Shown here: positions 57,476-64,000 of the stretch, piece by piece | Layout of the letters: each line of letters opens with the position of its first letter | Numbering within the stretch: the stretch's first letter is position 1 | From: a virus | Taxonomy: Duplodnaviria > Caudoviricetes | Strand: one strand, 5' to 3' | DNA: 64,000 nucleotides | Virus record (IMG/VR): IMGVR_UViG_3300031555_004297 | Made by a program: the position numbers and the translations under genes | The notes under the pieces: generated by a model | Database searches by the model: none | Seen by the model: the letters and a program-made list of their open reading frames with translations, nothing else | What the model was told of the DNA's origin: nothing

Positions 57476-58661
57476 ATCTATTACAATTATGGATTGTAAG
57501 TGCAAAATACATACGAACAGCTCTTTCATATGCATTTCTTGTAGCAATACGAGAACGACGTCTCATATAAGCAGTTCCGGATTCGCATAGCCAAGATTCA
57601 ATAATCTCTTTCATACGAAGAATTTCTTTTTGCTTTGCATTAGGCTTAGGAGCAATTGTATAGGTAACAAACTTGATGTCTGAAACCTCTTTTTCTCCAG
57701 TAGCAAAATAAAGAGAAATCATAAGAGAAATGAGTTCTTTAATTGTATAAACATTCTCTTTACTTCCGATAATACTTTCAATTACAGCTTTAACCTCATT
57801 AGGAGTAATATCGGTTGTAGAGCAAAGCTTGCATGTACGATAATCAATGCCAGCAGAATTAATATGATTTACAGTCTTTTCTGTAATTCTATCAATTCTA
57901 AGAGTATCATTATCGGCAAGATGAAAATCATCTGAATCATAAGAATCGGCAGAATATGCAATATAAAGATCCTTATCTTCATATGCTTCATAGTATTCAA
58001 TAGCAATATTTTTAACAAAACTTCCTACACGGCTATGAAGCTGCTGAACAAGATAAACAATATCTTCATCTGCAAGATCTTTAAGTCTTTTATCATAAGT
58101 TTCGGCCCATGTAAGTCCAACCGATTTAATAGCACCAAGAACGCTTCCATAAGAAGTGAGATCAAATTTCTTGGTAAGTCGATTATTGACGACATATTCC
58201 ATTACATGTCTTACTGGTACTACTGTAGGATAAGATCTATAGTGGACCGAAGGATAGAACTTTCCTGAGAATGCTAGATGAATAATAGCAAGTTCTGTTT
58301 CTTTTTTCATCTTTGCTTCTGTAAAATATTTAATAATAAGGAGCTGAGTTATTGTAAATTCATGTTTTGCTGCTAGAGGATTAAAATTCTTAATTCCACC
58401 ATAATATGTTGCAGCAATTGCTTCTGTAGCATCACTTTTCTTAATTTTCAAAACATCGAAAAGTTTATCCATTTCTGCTTCAGAACACAGCATTCTATCG
58501 CAGGGGATAGTATCATATAGTGCATCAGCTCTATTAGATATAAAATCATTAACGAGTTTTTTATATGCGGTTTTTATATTTGGTTTGTCCATAGCAGACT
58601 TGACTATCGGCCAGAGTTTTGTTTTAATAGCCGATGTATTAGCATTATAAGTAATAGGCAT
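57474..58661 (-). CDS. Hypothetical protein
   Basis: 395 aa; late promoter 58688-58699. Confidence 0.8.
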   Translation of the reverse strand: MPITYNANTSAIKTKLWPIVKSAMDKPNIKTAYKKLVNDFISNRADALYDTIPCDRMLCSEAEMDKLFDVLKIKKSDATEAIAATYYGGIKNFNPLAAKHEFTITQLLIIKYFTEAKMKKETELAIIHLAFSGKFYPSVHYRSYPTVVPVRHVMEYVVNNRLTKKFDLTSYGSVLGAIKSVGLTWAETYDKRLKDLADEDIVYLVQQLHSRVGSFVKNIAIEYYEAYEDKDLYIAYSADSYDSDDFHLADNDTLRIDRITEKTVNHINSAGIDYRTCKLCSTTDITPNEVKAVIESIIGSKENVYTIKELISLMISLYFATGEKEVSDIKFVTYTIAPKPNAKQKEILRMKEIIESWLCESGTAYMRRRSRIATRNAYERAVRMYFALTIHNCNR

Positions 58662-58714
58662 TTGGACACCTCTCTTTTATATATTCTTACTCAAATGTTG
58701 AAAAAGAAAAAGCA

Positions 58715-58910
58715 TATAAGAAAAGAGGGGCCGAAGCCCCTCATATTCTTTGAGCCTTGAGTATCATATTTAATATAAGACCTTTAAACTTCCGCAGTTT
58801 TAATAATCTTACAATTTAAACAAGGTACTCAAAGCTTTAAATTTCTTTGACAAGATATTATGGTAGATCTTGTCGATATATGAATGAAACTATTTGGGTT
58901 TCATTCATAA
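58715..58910 (-). ncRNA. Candidate early small RNA (about 190 nt)
   Basis: Early-type promoter 58905-58921, consecutive hairpins, GAGGGGC-TTCG-GCCCCTC terminator, no RBS/ORF. Confidence 0.4.
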
Positions 58911-58998
58911 TTATAGTATATAACTCATAAATTTTAATTTTACAAAGAGCTCAATATATTAATAAAAAAAATAAATCTTATGAAAGGAGATTTAAGTC

Positions 58999-59160
58999 AT
59001 GGGATTTGGACCTAGAGAACCTGATCGTTATGATACAAACGACTCCGATGATCGTTCTTTTTCTGGATATGACAATGATGATGGAACGACTGACTGGTAT
59101 GATGAAAATGGAGATTTAGATTCTACATCTGAAACTCCTTATGATGAAGATGATGACTAA
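58999..59160 (+). CDS. Very acidic 53-aa protein (not in ORF track)
   Basis: AAAGGAG RBS; MGFGPREPDRYDTNDSDDRSFSGYDNDDGTTDWYDENGDLDSTSETPYDEDDD. Confidence 0.75.
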   Translation: MGFGPREPDRYDTNDSDDRSFSGYDNDDGTTDWYDENGDLDSTSETPYDEDDD

Positions 59161-59176
59161 AAAAAAGGAAGAAGCT

Positions 59177-59779
59177 TTACGCTTCTTCCTTCTTTATTTC
59201 ACTAAAGTCAAAATCCACTTCAAATTCTTTCATGACTTTATCAATAAATTCGAGATCTAAAGGAGTAAAGTACTTAGCCTTTTTCTCTCGATTATTCTTC
59301 CACCACTCATATGTACTTTCTTTAAAGTTCATACTCATGGCAACCCAGTCACAAATCATTTCAATAAATGCTTCATTTGACATAGGAATTATTTTTTCTT
59401 TTCCGCCCATTTTAATGAGCCAGTATTCGGGATGATGTTTATTATGAGTATAATGATGTTCCCAAGCTTTTTCAAACTCTTCTTCAACATTATTATTCAT
59501 TTGATCCTCATAATACGGATAAAATCTAGCTCTATAAGGCTCAAACTCTGCGTCAGAAAATTTGCTAGAATCATGACTAGCGATATTCTCTCTTACAGTA
59601 TTGAAGCTAGCAATGTACTTGCTTTTCTTTTGGGCAGTACGACGACTCGTAACATAGTCGTACAATTCTTCACCAAAAAGAGTAAATACTCTAGCTACAT
59701 TTGAGATGTGATTCTCGATATACTCTGTATATTTTTTCTTAGAATCACTTAAGCTTTCGCACATTTCTTTGCGAGCCAT
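59177..59779 (-). CDS. HD-like metal-binding protein (DUF5662-like)
   Basis: H..NV, HDSSKFS..E, WEHHYTHNKHHPEYW, IEMICDW. Confidence 0.75.
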   Translation of the reverse strand: MARKEMCESLSDSKKKYTEYIENHISNVARVFTLFGEELYDYVTSRRTAQKKSKYIASFNTVRENIASHDSSKFSDAEFEPYRARFYPYYEDQMNNNVEEEFEKAWEHHYTHNKHHPEYWLIKMGGKEKIIPMSNEAFIEMICDWVAMSMNFKESTYEWWKNNREKKAKYFTPLDLEFIDKVMKEFEVDFDFSEIKKEEA

Positions 59780-60324
59780 TTTCTAATCCTCCAGAATAGT
59801 TTCTTCTTAAGTACTTTGATAGCAATATCTGCCTCTTTATCAGTGAGGCAAGTAGCGTCATCAGTTCCAACGATAAGAGATTCATCGTAATATTCTCTTA
59901 GATCGTCTACAAGATTATCGATAATAACGAACGTTTCAGCAGTCTCATTATTGCTTAGAAAATAAGAAATAAGAAGACCCTTATCTGTGCGATGCTTCGA
60001 CAATTCTTCATCAGTATGAGCATGAATATTATGCTTGATAAGAATTGTGTTCACATCGTCTAGACTGATATTCTTTCCAAAAGGAAGATATCCGTAGATT
60101 TCGATTCCTTCAGCTTCAAACATCTTTTCAAGATGCTTTTTAGTTGTAGGTAGGTTTCTCCATGAAGAGGTGATTACGATCTTGGCATCTGTCATTTCTA
60201 CGAGTTTACGTAGAGATTCAGCTGCCTCCTTTTTAAGGGTAGTTTCTGGGTAGGTTCTCTTTGCAAGCCACATACCATCCTTGGCAACCATGACTCCATC
60301 GATATCCAAAAATACATACTTCAT
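59749..60324 (-). CDS. HAD-superfamily phosphatase (RNA-repair-associated type)
   Basis: FLDIDGV, KIVITSSWR, FVIIDN. Confidence 0.8.
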   Translation of the reverse strand: MKYVFLDIDGVMVAKDGMWLAKRTYPETTLKKEAAESLRKLVEMTDAKIVITSSWRNLPTTKKHLEKMFEAEGIEIYGYLPFGKNISLDDVNTILIKHNIHAHTDEELSKHRTDKGLLISYFLSNNETAETFVIIDNLVDDLREYYDESLIVGTDDATCLTDKEADIAIKVLKKKLFWRIRKWLAKKCAKA

Positions 60325-60390
60325 TTGTCGTTTCTCCTTTATTTTTATTATAAAGGGAGCAAATAGAAGTACGTACTTGCTCCCTTATTT

Positions 60391-62763
60391 TTACTGATGC
60401 TTTTCGATATAACAGTGTAAGATTTTGTTACCACGCGTCGTGAGGACCTTGGTTCCGGTGCTTATAGAACTACCGATTTCCAAATCTTCAATTTTCAGCG
60501 TCATATCACTATCAGTACACTTAATATGAATAATATCTTGTACATTACCGCTTACAACTCCAGCAATGGAATCTCCAGACTTAAGCTTAATAAGATTCAA
60601 TCCAGATTTTCCTTTACCTGTATTCGGTAATCCGGCCAAAATATTAATTCTATTGATATTGCCTGACTCGGTTATTACTGCAATGTCCGTACAGTTATTA
60701 TGAATTACGCAAACTCCATCTACATGATCAACACCACTGATAGCTTTAGAGCCCTTGGTATTTCTCTTAAGATAAGGAGCATCATTAACTCCTATAATTA
60801 CTGCCTTTCTATCAGAATACACAACCAGCGCAAAATTACTATGAGCAATCACAATATCTTTAATAAAGTCACCATGATCGATCTTAGCATAAAGAATTCC
60901 AGAAGGTGGAACAGTTAAGAAGTCATCAAGGTCCATACGCTTAATAAGACCACTATTCGTAAGAGTAACAAGATAGTGTTTATTATTGTAGCAACCCGTA
61001 TTAGCAAACTGCTTAAACACGCTTTCTGGAATAATAGTACGAATATTTGCAGTGAGTGCTTTCACAAGGAACCTGATATCAATTCCATTACTATTACGAT
61101 CAGTGAATGGAATAATATGAACAGGAAGTTTAAACACTTTACCCATCTCATCAAAGATAAGAATGCTATCCGTATTATCGATATGAATCATTGTTCTGAT
61201 AGCATCATTCTTAAAGGATCCAAGGTTTGCATTTACAGGAACCTTCTTTATGAAGTTCTTCTCTGTAATTGCTATAACCATTTCTCCCTTAGGAATTTCA
61301 GATACTGTATCAGCACTAATGATCTCACAGTTTCTGGGTTTGCCATACTTCTGTTTAATTTCGAGAAGTTCCTGACGAATATCATTTTCGATAACTCTAT
61401 CATCCATAATATGCGTCATAAGCTCTCTCTTAATACCCTCAAGCTCAATTGCTTCCTGCTTATATTTAGCAAGATAACCCAAAGAAAGCTTCTTAAGGTC
61501 AGCCTCGATAATATATTTAGCCTGAAGGTCAGTAATCTTGAGTTTCTTTACAAGATACTCGATCAGCCCAGTATCATCAACAACTTTCTGTTTTCTGATA
61601 ATATCGATAATTGTATCAATCTCACCAGATTCCAAAGCTTTGATATAGGCTTCTCTTTCATGAATCTTTGTTTGTACTCCTTGGAGTCTGTTCGAATAGA
61701 CTCTAAACTTGGTCATCTTTCTAAAGTCAATAAAGCTCAAAAGATAAGACTTATATGACATTCTAAGAGGATTAAGTCCATTAAGAGTCTCGAAGTTTAC
61801 TCTCAGGATTTGTTCAAGTCCAGTATTCTTATACAATACATCCTTTACATAGTTTGCATCAGATCCTGGCTTGAGAATAATTACATATCTCATTTCATTG
61901 ACTGTTGATTCATCAAAGCAGTTTTCGATTTGTACAATCTTTTTCTTCTTGATGAGATCTTCAATCTTATCTGTTACATTATTGAGATAGGTAAGATTAG
62001 GAACAGATTTGATTACAAGAGCCTTCTTATTCTTATAAGTCTCTTCTACAATCTTTCCTCTAATTTTATAATGACCAAAACCAGCCTTACAAATCTTAGA
62101 GAAATCTGTTTCAATAATTTCACAATTCATACAGTGGTCGGGAATTAATGTGATCTCTGCATTAGGGTTATCCATTAGCAAAAGAGTTGCATCGATGACT
62201 TCTGCAAGATTGTGAGTAGGGATTTCTGCTCTCATTCCAAGCCCAATACCAAAACTTCCATTAATAAGAAGAAGCGGCACTTTAACAGGAAGATAATCGG
62301 GTTCTTTTGTTACTCCACTATAGGTAGGGCTCCAGTCTACTGCTTCATTGCTATCTATAAGATCGTCTAAGACATTTTCCATAGCAAATTTAGACAGACG
62401 ACATTCTGTATAACGTGCTGCGGCTGCTTGGTCACCTTGGAAAGTTCCGAAGTTTCCACCCGGATCAATCAAAGGCACATACGTTTCAAACCAGTTAGCC
62501 ATAGGCTTCATTGTACCATAAATTGCTGCATCACCATGTGGATGGTACAGTTTCATAACATCGCCGACAACAGCTGCCGACTTAACTCTTTGTCCTACAG
62601 CTTTAGTATTCTTAAACATGGCCCAGATAATACGTCTCTGAACTGGTTTAAGACCGTCTCTGTAGTCTGAAAGAACTCGTCTATATAAGATATAGATACC
62701 ATATCTAGTATAGTCGCTTTTGAACTGTGTATTAGAAGCTACTTCTAATATTTTTTCAGCCAT
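60391..62763 (-). CDS. gyrA: Type IIA topoisomerase subunit A (GyrA/ParC)
   Basis: DGLKPVQRR, VKSA, YHPHGD, AAARYTE catalytic Tyr, beta-pinwheel C-terminal repeats; early promoter 62796-62812. Confidence 0.9.
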   Translation of the reverse strand: MAEKILEVASNTQFKSDYTRYGIYILYRRVLSDYRDGLKPVQRRIIWAMFKNTKAVGQRVKSAAVVGDVMKLYHPHGDAAIYGTMKPMANWFETYVPLIDPGGNFGTFQGDQAAAARYTECRLSKFAMENVLDDLIDSNEAVDWSPTYSGVTKEPDYLPVKVPLLLINGSFGIGLGMRAEIPTHNLAEVIDATLLLMDNPNAEITLIPDHCMNCEIIETDFSKICKAGFGHYKIRGKIVEETYKNKKALVIKSVPNLTYLNNVTDKIEDLIKKKKIVQIENCFDESTVNEMRYVIILKPGSDANYVKDVLYKNTGLEQILRVNFETLNGLNPLRMSYKSYLLSFIDFRKMTKFRVYSNRLQGVQTKIHEREAYIKALESGEIDTIIDIIRKQKVVDDTGLIEYLVKKLKITDLQAKYIIEADLKKLSLGYLAKYKQEAIELEGIKRELMTHIMDDRVIENDIRQELLEIKQKYGKPRNCEIISADTVSEIPKGEMVIAITEKNFIKKVPVNANLGSFKNDAIRTMIHIDNTDSILIFDEMGKVFKLPVHIIPFTDRNSNGIDIRFLVKALTANIRTIIPESVFKQFANTGCYNNKHYLVTLTNSGLIKRMDLDDFLTVPPSGILYAKIDHGDFIKDIVIAHSNFALVVYSDRKAVIIGVNDAPYLKRNTKGSKAISGVDHVDGVCVIHNNCTDIAVITESGNINRINILAGLPNTGKGKSGLNLIKLKSGDSIAGVVSGNVQDIIHIKCTDSDMTLKIEDLEIGSSISTGTKVLTTRGNKILHCYIEKHQ

Positions 62764-62870
62764 ATTAAAATAAACCTCCTAGTTACATTTTATTTTCATC
62801 TTTATAATATATGATTCAAATAAAATATATGATGAGCCTAAACGACTCATCATATATTCATATGTAACCG

Positions 62871-63317
62871 TTAGGCTTCCATTGCAGGAATGATATCGAA
62901 ACTGAGGATAGAATCAACATTTCCATCGCGATTAAGACGAACGCGAGGAACTACAACCATATCATCAACGATATTAGCGAACTCGGTATTCTTTCCAATG
63001 AATACAAGCTCCATATTACCAGTAGCTACGTCATAAGACTTAATACGTGCTACGTTGATCTGGCCCTTAAGATCTGCATTATTAAAGCAGATGCTCTTAG
63101 CCATAGAAGCGCTGATAGAAAGAATGTCAAAGATCGTGCAATTCTGAATATGCTCAACTCTCTCGTTAACCTGAGCAGGATCATACTCATTACCGCGAGC
63201 ATCTCTACCGGTTACTACGAGAGGAAGAACCTTCGTAACGGGAATAATGCGAGGAGTTGCAGACTTATTGTTTGCATTTCTTGCATTGCTGTTCTTATTG
63301 TTGGTGTACTTTGCCAT
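62871..63317 (-). CDS. Hypothetical protein
   Basis: 148 aa, AAGGAG RBS, late promoter 63396-63407. Confidence 0.75.
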   Translation of the reverse strand: MAKYTNNKNSNARNANNKSATPRIIPVTKVLPLVVTGRDARGNEYDPAQVNERVEHIQNCTIFDILSISASMAKSICFNNADLKGQINVARIKSYDVATGNMELVFIGKNTEFANIVDDMVVVPRVRLNRDGNVDSILSFDIIPAMEA

Positions 63318-63480
63318 GATGGTTATTCTCCTTTTATTTTAATTTTAGTAGGCTCTAAGTAAGCGACCAAATGTATGTTCTGGCCGTATTACGTTTATTT
63401 TGAAGTTAAGATATTAATAAATTATTAAAAAATAAAAGCTGGGCGAACCAGCTTTTATTTTAAATTTGGATATTATAGAA

Positions 63481-63777
63481 TTATTCGTCATAAATTGCTA
63501 AAATTAATCCTATATCGGAGCGCATCTTCAACCCGATATCCGGATTTTGATTATTAATAATCAAATCATGAATAAGAGAATTGAGAAGATTTCTAACGGA
63601 ATTGAAAAATTGATACTCAGAACCGATAGCTGTATCGGCAGATTGTCTAACAGGGACCCCTATACTTTCAATCTTATCCAATACGATTCCTCTTGCATCG
63701 ATGTTGTAAAGTTCTTCTTTGTTTTCATCGATAATCTTGGAAAGCTCTTTTAAAGATGTAATGATTTCTGTTTTCAT
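63481..63777 (-). CDS. Hypothetical protein
   Basis: 98 aa, GGAGG RBS. Confidence 0.7.
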   Translation of the reverse strand: MKTEIITSLKELSKIIDENKEELYNIDARGIVLDKIESIGVPVRQSADTAIGSEYQFFNSVRNLLNSLIHDLIINNQNPDIGLKMRSDIGLILAIYDE

Positions 63778-63779
63778 TT

Positions 63780-63998
63780 TTATTTATCCTCCGTATTGTA
63801 TTCTGGTTCTATCGAGAGACGCCTTTCGATAATCGATCTAAGCTTGATTACTAAGCTCATTGCTTGATTAAAATAATCCAACTCTTCTATCTGGAACATT
63901 ATATTTGCTCTTAAGAAGAAGTCGAGAGCGTGAAGAATATTGTAATCAAGATCTTTTAGAGTCTTAATATAGACATGGCTCTGATTATTATCTTTTTG
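63780..63998 (-). CDS. 3' part of a CDS truncated by the window edge
   Basis: Open frame QKDNNQSHVYIK...NTEDK-TAA. Confidence 0.6.
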   Translation of the reverse strand, partial: QKDNNQSHVYIKTLKDLDYNILHALDFFLRANIMFQIEELDYFNQAMSLVIKLRSIIERRLSIEPEYNTEDK

Positions 63999-64000
63999 CT

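Noticed and set aside
1-64000. Stop-codon reassignment
   Set aside because: Conserved genes are full length in the standard code, and TAA, TGA and TAG all terminate genes
1-64000. tRNA genes, major capsid, chimallin or tubulin
   Set aside because: No cloverleaf with a T-loop consensus and no recognisable motifs seen; absence cannot be proven without profile searches

Overview
A 64-kb AT-rich segment of a jumbo phage of the phiKZ/AR9(PBS1)-like type with split multisubunit RNA polymerases. The host is probably a Firmicute, based on strong AGGAGG ribosome-binding sites and a LysM-3D protein. Morphogenesis genes: terminase large subunit, portal, tail sheath and tube, and a cluster of modular fibre-like proteins. 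Replication and transcription genes: five RNAP fragments (three putative non-virion, two putative virion), a two-gene family-B DNA polymerase, SF2 helicase, SbcC/Rad50 ATPase, NAD-dependent ligase, RecA/UvsX and gyrase/topo IV subunit A. Each polymerase gene is interrupted in a catalytic motif by a group I intron encoding an HNH endonuclease. Two phage promoter motifs recur: ATATAwyATA-N4-TGA (early-like) and AAC(A/T)-N6-TA (AR9 late-like). Highlights not explained by standard annotation: (1) a shared short linear motif, hydrophobic-hydrophobic-[ED]-P-M-x-F, added to many unrelated DNA/RNA-processing proteins but not to the virion proteins; (2) promoter- and terminator-bounded intergenic RNAs, several displaying anti-Shine-Dalgarno sequences with or without an anti-AUG; (3) a 16-bp tandem repeat array in an AT-rich gap. 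All calls come from manual reading; no searches were run.
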